DNA from: Gemmatimonadota bacterium
GTDB taxonomy: Bacteria > Gemmatimonadota > Gemmatimonadetes > Palauibacterales > Palauibacteraceae
Reading direction: 5' to 3'
Assembly (NCBI GenBank): GCA_046758745.1
Contig: JBHIAV010000004.1
Coordinates: forward strand, 32,001 to 96,000
Length of the DNA stretch: 64,000 nucleotides
Shown here: positions 29,408 through 38,377 of the stretch, in pieces
Layout of the letters: every line of letters begins with the position of its first letter
Numbering within the stretch: position 1 is the first letter of the stretch
Notes under the pieces: model-generated
Told to the model about the DNA's origin: nothing
Databases searched by the model: none
The model's input: the letters and a program-made list of their open reading frames with translations, nothing else
Made by a program: the position numbers and the translations under genes

Positions 29408-30388
29408 CTAGCCGCCGACCTGACTGAGGGCGGCGAGCCCCCCGCTCCCCTTGGCCGAACCGAGCCGCAGCCAGTGGCGTTCCGGCTTTCCGGCCAGCGC
29501 CGTCCGCACCGCATCCAGCACGTTGCCGGTGCGCCGAAGCGGCGTCTTGAGGTCTACCTGGTGCGACCCGAAGAGACAGGTCCGAAGCTGTCCGTCCGCT
29601 GTGAGGCGCATCCGATTGCACCGATCGCAATAGTTGTGGGAGAGCGGCGTGATCACACCGACCGTCCCCTGGGCTCCATCGAACCGGTAGTAGCGTGCCG
29701 GGCCGTTGCCGATCGGCCCGCTCGCCGGCCGCAGATGACCGATCGCCGCCACGCGCCGGAGCATCTCGTCGGCCGAGACGAAGCTGTCCGTCAAGTGCAG
29801 GTTCTCACCGACGGGCATGAGCTCGATGAAGCGAACGTGCCACGCGCGGCCAATCGTCATCTCCGCGAAATCGGCGAGCTCGTCGTCGTTGATGCCGCGC
29901 ATCACGACCGTATTGATCTTGATCGGCGCGAAGCGGACGCGTTCGGCGGCCGCGATCCCTTCCAGCGTAGCATCGAAGAACCTCGCCGGCCGGCGCGCGA
30001 TCTCCTCGAACCGCCCGCGACGCAGCGTGTCGAGGCTGATGTTGACCCGCTGCACGCCGGCCCGCTTGAGATCGTCCGCGAATTGCGGGAGGAGGACGGC
30101 GTTCGTCGAGAGGGCGAGATCCTGGATTCCGGATATGGCGGCCAGGCGCGCGACCAGCTTGGGAAGGTCCCGCCGCACCAGCGGCTCACCGCCCGTGAGC
30201 CGGATCCGCTCGAGGCCGAACCCGGCCATCTGCTCGACGATGGCCACGATCTCCTCATACGTGAGGAGCTCCGACTTCGGGATCCACTCCAGCCCCTCCT
30301 CGGGCATGCAATACGTGCAGCGAAGATTGCACTTGTCGGTGACCGAGATCCGCAGATAGTTGATCCGTCGGCCGAACTGGTCCCTCAT
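29408..30388 (-). CDS. moaA: GTP 3',8-cyclase (radical SAM)
   Basis: YLRISVTDKCNLRCTYC, RLTGGEPL, CDRCNRMRLTADG, C-terminal GG. Confidence 0.96.
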   Translation of the reverse strand: MRDQFGRRINYLRISVTDKCNLRCTYCMPEEGLEWIPKSELLTYEEIVAIVEQMAGFGLERIRLTGGEPLVRRDLPKLVARLAAISGIQDLALSTNAVLLPQFADDLKRAGVQRVNISLDTLRRGRFEEIARRPARFFDATLEGIAAAERVRFAPIKINTVVMRGINDDELADFAEMTIGRAWHVRFIELMPVGENLHLTDSFVSADEMLRRVAAIGHLRPASGPIGNGPARYYRFDGAQGTVGVITPLSHNYCDRCNRMRLTADGQLRTCLFGSHQVDLKTPLRRTGNVLDAVRTALAGKPERHWLRLGSAKGSGGLAALSQVGG

Positions 30389-30870
30389 CCCGAGCTCGCT
30401 TCCGGGTACGTCCGCGGGGGGCCGGCCTTCCCCCCCTCGAGCCATCGATCGCTGCCGTTCGCGTAGGTTTCCTTCTTCCACACGGGCAGACGGCGCTTGA
30501 TCTCCTCGATGATGTACCGTGAGGCCGTGTAGCATTCCCCCCGATGAGGCGCGGCGACGGCCACGGCAACGCTCACGTCGCCGAGGCCCAGCGTGCCGAC
30601 CCGGTGGGCCGCCGCCACCCGGCCGATCGGGAAGCGAGCGATCGCTTCGGATCCGATCTCCCGCAGCACGGCCTCCGCCATCTCCCGGTAGGCCTCGTAG
30701 TGCAGCCGAGTCACCGGCCGACCGTCGTTGACCTCACGCACTCGCCCTTCGAAGAGGAGCGCCGCCCCGTCGGCCGTCGAGCCCACCGCGGCGAGCAGCT
30801 CCGCGCCGTCAATCGCCTCCTCGCAGACGCGAGCGACCGCCACTCCCTCGGTCTCGCCGCTGGCGTCCAA
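30385..30870 (-). CDS. moaE: Molybdopterin synthase catalytic subunit
   Basis: FEGRVR, LHYEAY, HRVG, APHR, IKRRLPVWKKE. Confidence 0.95.
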   Translation of the reverse strand: MDASGETEGVAVARVCEEAIDGAELLAAVGSTADGAALLFEGRVREVNDGRPVTRLHYEAYREMAEAVLREIGSEAIARFPIGRVAAAHRVGTLGLGDVSVAVAVAAPHRGECYTASRYIIEEIKRRLPVWKKETYANGSDRWLEGGKAGPPRTYPEASSG

Positions 30871-30872
30871 CC

Positions 30873-31118
30873 TCAGCCACCCGCGACGGGGGGGATGATC
30901 GCCACTTCGTCGCCCTCTTGCAGGGGGTGGTCCAGCTCCACGTAGCGCAGGTTGACCGCTACGAGCGGCCGGGTCGGGAGCATGCGGAAGCAGGGCTGGC
31001 TCCGTAAATGGGTCATCAGGTCCTCGGCCGTGCTGCCGGGAGGAAGCTCCGCGCTCGCTTCCGACTCACCGCTCAGCTCTCGATACACGCCGAACAGCCG
31101 GATCCGAATCGCCGCCAT
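30873..31118 (-). CDS. moaD: Molybdopterin synthase sulfur carrier
   Basis: AVN..GDEVAIIPPVAGG, ubiquitin-like C-terminal GG. Confidence 0.95.
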   Translation of the reverse strand: MAAIRIRLFGVYRELSGESEASAELPPGSTAEDLMTHLRSQPCFRMLPTRPLVAVNLRYVELDHPLQEGDEVAIIPPVAGG

Positions 31119-31125
31119 ACCTCCC

Positions 31126-31407
31126 TCAACCCGTCTCGGGTGCCGGCGCGGTACGGATGTACGAAAGAAACTTTCCGATCGCGTCGTCGGGCCGCAGCGT
31201 CGATATCCTGACCCGCGTTCGTCCTTGATCGGCGGGGTCCGGGAAGGCCGACACCGCGATGCGGCTGCGGAACGTGGCGAGCGTCAGGTGAGCTTCGCTC
31301 TCCTCCTCAATCGAGGCGGCGTAGACCGAATCCTCTCCCGTGAAGAATCGCCGCGCCTCTTCGAGCACCGCGGCCGGAGACAGCTCTGTGCTCACCTCGC
31401 TCGTCAT
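31126..31407 (-). CDS. Hypothetical protein heading the moaDEA run (93 aa)
   Basis: Globular alpha/beta-like composition, ends 7 bp before moaD. Confidence 0.65.
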   Translation of the reverse strand: MTSEVSTELSPAAVLEEARRFFTGEDSVYAASIEEESEAHLTLATFRSRIAVSAFPDPADQGRTRVRISTLRPDDAIGKFLSYIRTAPAPETG

Positions 31408-31430
31408 ATCGTTCTCAGCCCTCGCGTTGC

Positions 31431-31459
31431 TTGACGCTTCCCGATACCTCGGGTATGAT
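31431..31459 (+). promoter_or_regulatory. Sigma70-type promoter for the aminotransferase
   Basis: TTGACG-N17-TATGAT, near consensus. Confidence 0.65.
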
Positions 31460-31579
31460 CCCGCCGGCCCCGCGGGACTCCGAAAGCCTACACGCACCGG
31501 GAGCCGACTCCCGGTGTGAGCTGCAAGGTATCGCGCCGGCCGGTGCCCTTCAAATCACTTCACCCAGCGGGAGTCGGGC

Positions 31580-32749
31580 TTGCGCTTCTCTCGAAACGTG
31601 GCCGCCCTAGAGCCGTCCGCGACGCTCGCGCTCACGGCTCGGGCCAGACGGTTAAAGGCGCAAGGGCTCTCGATCATCGACCTGTCGGCGGGCGAGCCTT
31701 CCTTCCACACGCCGGAGTTCGCCTCGGCCGCCGCTTCCGAATCCATCCGCGCGGGTCGGACCGGCTATCCGCCTACGCAGGGGATCCCCGAGCTGCGCGA
31801 GGCCGTCACCCGCTATCTCTCCGACACCACGGCCGCCTCACGGACAGGGACCGAAGAGGTGTTGATCAGTGCCGGCGTGAAGCAGGCCCTCTTCAACTGC
31901 GCCTACTGCCTCTTCCAGACCGGCGACGCGGTCCTGGTCCCCACGCCGTCGTGGCCGACCTACCTCCCCCTCGTGCGCCTCACGGGCGCGGACCCGATCG
32001 AGGTCCCCACGCGATGGGAGGAAGGCTTCCGCCTCGACCCCGATCAGCTCGAGCGGCGCCGCGGGGCGAACACGCGAGGGCTGATCCTCAACTCTCCCGG
32101 AAATCCGACCGGCGTGGTGTACGAAGCGGGCCTGCTCGCCGAAATCGCGGCGTGGTGCGAGCGCCACGGGGTGTGGCTCCTCTCCGATGAGATCTACCGT
32201 CGGCTCTACTATGCGGGCGACTGGGCTCCCTCCGTGTTCGACCTCCAGAACCGCGCGGAGCGTGTCGTGCTATTCGACGGGATCTCCAAGAGCTTCTCGA
32301 TGCCGGGGTGGCGGATCGGCTTCGCGGCCGGTCCGCGCGAACTGATCGGCAAGGCAACCGACCTCCAGAGCCAGACCACCTCGGGCGCGTCCGCCCCCGC
32401 TCAGTACGCGGCCGCAGCGGCGTTCGGCGACGTCGACCAGCGGGAGGAGACGATCCAGGGGTTCCGCCACATTCTGGCGCGCCGGCGGGAGGCCGCGCTC
32501 CAAGCGCTCGAAGGGGTCCCGGGGTTGGAAGTGCGGGCACCCGAAGGTGCCATTTACCTCTTCGTGAGGCTGACCGGCGGCGAAAAGTCGGCGAGCGTGG
32601 CGGAGCAGCTCCTCGTGCAGGCTGGCGTTGCCTGCGTTCCAGGAGAACCGTTCGGCTCCCCCGGCTTCCTGCGCTTCAGCTTCGCCGCCGACGACCGAGA
32701 GATCCGGGAGGGACTCGGCCGCGTCGCCGCGTTCTTTCGCGCCCGGTGA
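31580..32749 (+). CDS. PLP-dependent class I/II aminotransferase (aspartate aminotransferase-like)
   Basis: LSAGEP, NSPGNPTG, SDEIY, ISKSFSMPGWRIG. Confidence 0.92.
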   Translation: MRFSRNVAALEPSATLALTARARRLKAQGLSIIDLSAGEPSFHTPEFASAAASESIRAGRTGYPPTQGIPELREAVTRYLSDTTAASRTGTEEVLISAGVKQALFNCAYCLFQTGDAVLVPTPSWPTYLPLVRLTGADPIEVPTRWEEGFRLDPDQLERRRGANTRGLILNSPGNPTGVVYEAGLLAEIAAWCERHGVWLLSDEIYRRLYYAGDWAPSVFDLQNRAERVVLFDGISKSFSMPGWRIGFAAGPRELIGKATDLQSQTTSGASAPAQYAAAAAFGDVDQREETIQGFRHILARRREAALQALEGVPGLEVRAPEGAIYLFVRLTGGEKSASVAEQLLVQAGVACVPGEPFGSPGFLRFSFAADDREIREGLGRVAAFFRAR

Positions 32750-32813
32750 GGCCCCCGGAACGCCGGCTCTGGCGCGGGGTGCCCGACCGGATGCGACCTC
32801 CTGCCCGCCGTAG

Positions 32814-33104
32814 TTAGTGAACCCTCGTATCGACCTGCATCTTGAAGAGGCGCGAGGGCTTGAAGACGGGTACCGCGCGCGACGGGACGTGTACGGAGTC
32901 GCCCGTGCGAGGGTTGCGGGCGAGGCGTGGCTTCCTGCGGCGCACCTTGAAGGTGCCGAACCCCCGGATCTCGATGTGCTGGTCGTTCGCCAGCGCCTGC
33001 TTCACGGCGTTCAGGAAGGCATCGATGACCGCCCCACAGTCCTTCTTGGTGATCCCCGGCCCGATCGCCTGGTACACCTGCTCGACCAGGTCAGCCTTAG
33101 TCAT
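32814..33104 (-). CDS. HU/IHF family DNA-binding protein
   Basis: MTKADLV, IEIRGFGTF, ARNPRTG, PVFKPS. Confidence 0.95.
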   Translation of the reverse strand: MTKADLVEQVYQAIGPGITKKDCGAVIDAFLNAVKQALANDQHIEIRGFGTFKVRRRKPRLARNPRTGDSVHVPSRAVPVFKPSRLFKMQVDTRVH

Positions 33105-33140
33105 GAGTCACCCCCTGTGTGCGTGAGATCACCTTCGTCC

Positions 33141-34043
33141 TCACCGCCACTGGTACAGCAGTCGTGGCGTTCCCGCGGGCTGCGGGGCGAGGGCGCGCAG
33201 CCAGCCCAGAAGTCTCGACTCGGACAGGCCGGCGATGACATCGAAGAGCCCGACTCGCCGCTCCACCGGCCTGACGGTCGTCGGCCGCTCGCCGAGTCCG
33301 GCCATCCGGCCGGCGACCCCGATCGCCTCGGGAAGTGTGGCAAGTCGATCGACCAGTCCGAGTTCGACCGCCCGCTCGCCAGAATAGATCCGGCCGTCGG
33401 CCAGCTCGACTACGCTGTCGCGCTCCAGCTTCCGGTTCTCAGCCACCGCCGTGATGAACTGATTGTACACGTCGTCGACCACACCCTGCAGGATCCGGCG
33501 ATCCTCTTCGGAGAGAGGCCGGGTCGGAGAGCCGATGTCCTTGTACTCACCGCTCTTCACGACCTCCCAGCCGAGACCGACCTTGCGGAGCAGCTCCTGG
33601 GCCTGGGGGAACTGCATGATCACGCCGATCGACCCGGTGATCGAACCCGGCAGAGCGAAGATGCTGTCGGCGGCAAGCGACACGTAGTAGCCGCCGGAGG
33701 CCCCGATGTCGCCGATCCACGCAATGATCGGACGCTCGTCCTCCTCCCGCAGCTTGACGAGCTCCTGGAAGATGCTCTGCGACGCGCCTACCCCGCCCCC
33801 AGGCGAGCGGATCTCGAGAACGAACGCCTTCACGGCGTCGCTGTCGCGGTAGCGCGTCATGGCACGCAGGAAGGCCCGGTCGTTCTCGATGATCCCGACC
33901 ACGGGGAGAACCGCCACACGCCCGCCCGTGAGCAGGGGAATGCCCTCGCCGAGAAGAAGGCGGCCCGCCACGAACGCGCCGCCGCCGAAGATCGTGAGAA
34001 GAACGGCGATGCTTAGTAGAGCAATACGCCTCTGACTCGCCAC
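33141..34043 (-). CDS. sppA: Signal peptide peptidase SppA (S49, short form)
   Basis: SPGG, ASGGYY, TGSIGV, KSGEYKD, DGRIYSG, GLVD. Confidence 0.93.
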   Translation of the reverse strand: MASQRRIALLSIAVLLTIFGGGAFVAGRLLLGEGIPLLTGGRVAVLPVVGIIENDRAFLRAMTRYRDSDAVKAFVLEIRSPGGGVGASQSIFQELVKLREEDERPIIAWIGDIGASGGYYVSLAADSIFALPGSITGSIGVIMQFPQAQELLRKVGLGWEVVKSGEYKDIGSPTRPLSEEDRRILQGVVDDVYNQFITAVAENRKLERDSVVELADGRIYSGERAVELGLVDRLATLPEAIGVAGRMAGLGERPTTVRPVERRVGLFDVIAGLSESRLLGWLRALAPQPAGTPRLLYQWR

Positions 34044-34127
34044 GGCTGCCTCGGACTGCGCCTCATCGAGCTTCGGATCTCCGGCCCGCCGCGGACCGCT
34101 GGCGCGGCGATTCGGTCTTCCATACAA

Positions 34128-34157
34128 AAGCTACTCGGTCCGGTAGAGGGCTGTCAA
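34128..34157 (-). promoter_or_regulatory. Candidate sigma70 promoter for sppA-HU, overlapping the carA stop
   Basis: TTGACA-N18-TAGCTT on the minus strand. Confidence 0.45.
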
Positions 34158-35284
34158 TCGCTTGCCATTGCGCGAGTTAAATGCATCGCTTCGACGAAGC
34201 GCTCGAACAGGTAGCGGCTGTCGTGCGGCCCCGGGGCAGATTCCGGGTGGTACTGCACCCCGAAGACCGGACGTTCGCGGTGGGCGATGCCCTCGATCGT
34301 TCCGTCGTTGAGGTTCCGATGTGTGACCCGGAGCTCCGGGGCTCCTGCGACCCCTTCCCCCTCTGCGACGACCGCGAAGCCGTGATTCTGCGAGGTGATC
34401 TCCACCGCACCCGTGTCCAGGTTGCGCACCGGGTGATTGCCGCCCCGGTGTCCGTACGGGAGCTTGTACGTTCGTCCCCCGAAGGCCCGGGCGATCACCT
34501 GGTGGCCGAGGCAGATCCCGAACACCGGAAGTCCGGCGTCGCTCAGAGAGCGTACCAGCTCGGCGCCGCCCGGCACCGCCTCCGGGTCACCGGGGCCGTT
34601 CGAGACGTAAACCCCGGAAGCGGCCGCTGCGAGGAGCTCTTTCGCTCGGCAGCATGCCGGGACGACGCGCACGCGATACCCCTCCGCCCGCAGCAGATCC
34701 AAGCTCCGCTGCTTGACGCCGAAATCCAGGCAGAGGACGAGACCGCGCTCCGCGCCGATCGCCTCCAGCTCGTACGGATCCTCCACGGTGACCTTCGACA
34801 CGAGGTCGCGTCCCCGCATGGGTGGCTCGGCGAGCATATGGGCCCGGGCCTCTTCGACCGGGACCGAGGCCGGGACGATGACAGCGCGCATGGCGCCGGC
34901 CGAGCGGATGTGCCGCGTGATCGCCCGCGTGTCCGCGCCGGTCAGCGTCGCGATGGCGTGCCGCGCCAGATACTCGCGCAGGGAACCCTCGGCGCGCCAG
35001 CCGCTCGTGGCCCGCGAGAGTTCCCGTACGACGAAGCCGGCGACCCACGGCCGCCGCGATTGGTCGTCGGCTCCGAACACGCCGTAGTTGCCGATCATCG
35101 GCGCCGTCATGACGACGATCTGAGCGGCGTACGAGGGGTCGGTGAGGACCTCCTGGTAACCCGTGAGATTCGTCGTGAAGACGAGTTCACCGGCCACACG
35201 CACGGGTGCCCCGGCGAGCGTCCCCTCGAACCGCGCCCCGTCTTCGAGTAGGAGGTAGGCCTCCGTCGCTTGCGAAAGTGTCAA
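34154..35284 (-). CDS. carA: Carbamoyl-phosphate synthase small subunit
   Basis: TGYQEVLTDPSY, SNGPGDP, GICLGHQ, ITSQNHGF, QYHPE. Confidence 0.96.
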   Translation of the reverse strand: MTLSQATEAYLLLEDGARFEGTLAGAPVRVAGELVFTTNLTGYQEVLTDPSYAAQIVVMTAPMIGNYGVFGADDQSRRPWVAGFVVRELSRATSGWRAEGSLREYLARHAIATLTGADTRAITRHIRSAGAMRAVIVPASVPVEEARAHMLAEPPMRGRDLVSKVTVEDPYELEAIGAERGLVLCLDFGVKQRSLDLLRAEGYRVRVVPACCRAKELLAAAASGVYVSNGPGDPEAVPGGAELVRSLSDAGLPVFGICLGHQVIARAFGGRTYKLPYGHRGGNHPVRNLDTGAVEITSQNHGFAVVAEGEGVAGAPELRVTHRNLNDGTIEGIAHRERPVFGVQYHPESAPGPHDSRYLFERFVEAMHLTRAMASD

Positions 35285-35345
35285 CCGCCTCTTCCAATTG
35301 GGGCCGGCCGACGTGCGCGGACCGGCGAAAGCGCGGGAAACGACC

Positions 35346-35948
35346 GTGAGTGGATCCCTGGTCTATATCTATGCCGACGAGTCCTGCCTGGGCAACCAGT
35401 TACGGGACGAGCTCCGTCCCGGGGGCGCCGCCGGTCTGATCGAGAAGTTCGACGCCCGCCGTGGCTGGTACCGCCGCGACTACTGGGCGCACGAACCGAA
35501 CACCACGAACAACCGGATGGCGCTCCTGTCGGCCATCCTGGGCCTGTCCGCCTTGCGCCGGCCGTGCGACGTCGTCTTCACCTCCGACAGCCAGTACCTC
35601 GTGCGCGGCATGAAGGAGTGGATCCACAGCTGGGCCGAGCGGGGATGGCGACGCAAGGGGGGGGCGATCGAAAACCTCGACCTTTGGCGCGAGCTCAATC
35701 GAGCGGCCAGACGACATCGCGTCGAATGGCGATGGGTTCGCGGCCACGCGGGTCATCCGAAGAACGAGTACGCGAATTGTCTCGCCGTTCGGGCCGCCAG
35801 GGAGGAACGGAGCACCACCGAGGGCCTGCGCCCCTCGCGATTCGACGAATGGCTCCAGGAGCGGATCGAGTCCGGGGCCTTCGTCGACTTCCTGGACGTA
35901 CCGCCGGACGACCCGTTTTGCCCGGACCCACCCCCTCCGGATGGCTAG
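35346..35948 (+). CDS. rnhA: Ribonuclease HI (atypical active site)
   Basis: TTNNRM, TSDSQY, W..RGW, NLDLW, WVRGHAGH..NE. Confidence 0.9.
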   Translation: MSGSLVYIYADESCLGNQLRDELRPGGAAGLIEKFDARRGWYRRDYWAHEPNTTNNRMALLSAILGLSALRRPCDVVFTSDSQYLVRGMKEWIHSWAERGWRRKGGAIENLDLWRELNRAARRHRVEWRWVRGHAGHPKNEYANCLAVRAAREERSTTEGLRPSRFDEWLQERIESGAFVDFLDVPPDDPFCPDPPPPDG

Positions 35949-36316
35949 TTCCCTTCTGGCTCTCCCGAGGGCGCCGACTCCCGCGTCCCGGTCGCCTCGG
36001 TCTCCAGCACCGACGCCGGTGCCGCCGGCGCGGTCCGGCCGAACTCGCTGCGCAGGATCGACTCCGGCGGCGCATTTCCGCGTGAGGAGAGTACGGAGAG
36101 CACCAGGGAAAGGAAGAGGAAGAGCCCGCCTCCGATCCACGTGAGCTTCGTGAGCAGGGTGGCGGCCTGTCGCCCGCCGATGAAGGAATCCGTGGAGGAG
36201 GAAGCGCCTCCGAACGCCGCTGCGAGCCCACCCCCCTTTCCGGCCTGGAGGAGGATGATCACGCACATGAGCACGGCAAGCATGCTTATGAGAACGACCA
36301 GAAAGGTGAACATCAT
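35945..36316 (-). CDS. secG: Preprotein translocase subunit SecG
   Basis: ILLQAGKGGGLAAAFGG, LTKLT; follows tpiA. Confidence 0.93.
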   Translation of the reverse strand: MMFTFLVVLISMLAVLMCVIILLQAGKGGGLAAAFGGASSSTDSFIGGRQAATLLTKLTWIGGGLFLFLSLVLSVLSSRGNAPPESILRSEFGRTAPAAPASVLETEATGTRESAPSGEPEGN

Positions 36317-36398
36317 GCCCCTTACAAAAAGCGAAAAAGGCGCGGCCATCCGCGGCCCACGCCCACCATCTGAAAGCTAGGCCGGCCCGCCGAGCACG

Positions 36399-37172
36399 TC
36401 AACCGGCCCCCCGCCCCGCCTTGCAGATCGCGGCGAAGCCCTCGGGATCGAGGCTCGCACCTCCGACCAACACGCCGTCGACCCCTTCGGCGGCCAGCAG
36501 GGCCGCGATGTTGGCCGGCTTGACGCTTCCCCCGTACAGAATGACGGCGCGGGACCCGATCTCCGGCGAGGCGAGACGCCCGATCTCCTCCCGCAGGAAG
36601 CGGTGGGCATCCGCCGCGTCCGCCGGCGTCGCCGTGCGCCCCGTCCCGATCGCCCACACCGGCTCGTACGCGTACACCAAGCTCTCACGCTCGTCCCCAT
36701 CGAGAGCGGCCAGGACGGCGCCCACCTGCCGTGACAGCACCTCCTCCAAACGCCCGGTTTCCCGCTCGTCCAGCGTCTCGCCGACGCACAGGACCGGCTG
36801 CAGACCGGCCTCGTAGAGTCGCTTCACCTTGGCGGCTACGAGGGCGTCGGTGTCGCCGAATTCCCGTCGTCTCTCCGAGTGCCCGGCCAGCCCCCACCGA
36901 GCCCCGGCATCCGCCGCCATCTCCGCGGAGATCGCACCCGTATGCGCCCCGAAGCGTTCCTGATGCACGTCCTGCACGCCGAGCTGCAGATCCGGACGAC
37001 TGCCCGCGGCATGCCGAAAGGCCGTGAGGCTGATGGAGGGGGGAAAGAACACGACGCTGCGATCCGGCGCTGGCTCGTGCCGCGCCGCGAAGTCGCGCAC
37101 GAACGCGGCGGTCCCCGATGGACCCAGGTGCATCTTCCAGTTGGCGGCGAATACGGGCTGTGAGACGCTCAT
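36399..37172 (-). CDS. tpiA: Triosephosphate isomerase
   Basis: ANWKM, GHSERR, AYEPVWAIGTG, YGGSVK, LVGGASL. Confidence 0.97.
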   Translation of the reverse strand: MSVSQPVFAANWKMHLGPSGTAAFVRDFAARHEPAPDRSVVFFPPSISLTAFRHAAGSRPDLQLGVQDVHQERFGAHTGAISAEMAADAGARWGLAGHSERRREFGDTDALVAAKVKRLYEAGLQPVLCVGETLDERETGRLEEVLSRQVGAVLAALDGDERESLVYAYEPVWAIGTGRTATPADAADAHRFLREEIGRLASPEIGSRAVILYGGSVKPANIAALLAAEGVDGVLVGGASLDPEGFAAICKAGRGAG

Positions 37173-38365
37173 GCCTCATCGAGCGCTTCGACCCCCGGCA
37201 GGCGGCCACGGGCGAGGTATTCCAGGGAAGCTCCACCTCCCGTCGAGACGTGGGAGACCGCCTCCGTGAGGCCGGCCTGGTGGATCGCGCTCGCCGAGTC
37301 GCCGCCCCCGATCACGGTGAAGGCGCCCCGCGCAGTCGCGTCGGCTACGGCTCGGGCGAACGCTCGAGTGCCTCCCGCGAATTCCTCCCGCTCGAACAGC
37401 CCCATCGGCCCGTTCCAGAAGACGGTGCGCGCCCCGTTCACCACCTCGGAGTACGCCTCTCGCGTCGCCGGGCCGATGTCGAGCGCGGCGAGGTCGGGGG
37501 GCACCCCGCCCGCCGAAACGACGCCGGCCGCCACGCCCGCGTTCGAGGGATCTCCGACGACGAAGTCGGTGGGGAGACGCAGCTTCCCCTTCCAGCGGGC
37601 GGCCAGACCGCTCGCCGCTTCCAGGGCTCCGTCTTCGACCAGCGAGGCACCCATTCCGGCCCCGCCGGCCGCCAGGAACGTGTTGGCCATCGCACCGCCG
37701 ATGAGGACTGCGTCCGCCCTACGGGCGAACGCTTCCAGAAGCTCGATCTTGTCGCTGATCTTGGCGCCGCCGAACGCGACCACGAACGGACGCTCCACCT
37801 CGACCCGCAGGGCGCCGAGGGCGCGCAGCTCCACCTCGACCAGGAAGCCCGCGACGGCGGGGCGAAGGAAGCGGGTCACGCCGACGACGGATGCGTGGGC
37901 ACGGTGGGTGGTCCCGAATGCGTCGTTGACGAACAGCTCTCCGAGGCGGGCGAAGCGGCTGGAGAGGGACTCGTCGTTCTTCGTCTCACCGGGGAGAAAG
38001 CGGGTGTTCTCGAGCAAGAGCACGGAGCCATCGGGGAGCCGTCGGCTCGCCTCCTCGGCCGTCTCCGAGTCCGCCGGTCCTACGAAGTCGACGGCGGTCC
38101 CTAGGAGCTCCGCCAGAACGCGGCCGACCGGGGCCAGGGAGTAGCGTGGGTCGGGCGCTCCCTTCGGGCGACCGAGGTGCGAAAGGAGCACCGGACGGGC
38201 TCCTTTCTCCACAAGATGGCGAAGAGTGGGCAGCGTCGCCGCCACGCGGCTCGCGTCCTGCACGGACCCGTCCGGGCCGAGAGGGACGTTGTAATCGACG
38301 CGGACCAGCGCCCTGCGGCCCCGAAGCTCGGCGTCGGAGAGGTCCCGGAGAGAACGCTTCCTCAC
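37169..38365 (-). CDS. pgk: Phosphoglycerate kinase
   Basis: RVDYNVP, SHLGRPKG, NDAFG, WNGPMG, STGGGASLE. Confidence 0.97.
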   Translation of the reverse strand: MRKRSLRDLSDAELRGRRALVRVDYNVPLGPDGSVQDASRVAATLPTLRHLVEKGARPVLLSHLGRPKGAPDPRYSLAPVGRVLAELLGTAVDFVGPADSETAEEASRRLPDGSVLLLENTRFLPGETKNDESLSSRFARLGELFVNDAFGTTHRAHASVVGVTRFLRPAVAGFLVEVELRALGALRVEVERPFVVAFGGAKISDKIELLEAFARRADAVLIGGAMANTFLAAGGAGMGASLVEDGALEAASGLAARWKGKLRLPTDFVVGDPSNAGVAAGVVSAGGVPPDLAALDIGPATREAYSEVVNGARTVFWNGPMGLFEREEFAGGTRAFARAVADATARGAFTVIGGGDSASAIHQAGLTEAVSHVSTGGGASLEYLARGRLPGVEALDEA

Positions 38366-38377
38366 GAAAGCCCTGGC

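Noticed and set aside
31408..31579. Moco riboswitch upstream of the moa genes
   Set aside because: I could not find the expected conserved elements on the minus strand; the clearest signal is a plus-strand promoter.
35900..36400. tRNA-Leu commonly found after secG
   Set aside because: secG ends overlapping the convergent rnhA; no cloverleaf or T-loop motif seen.
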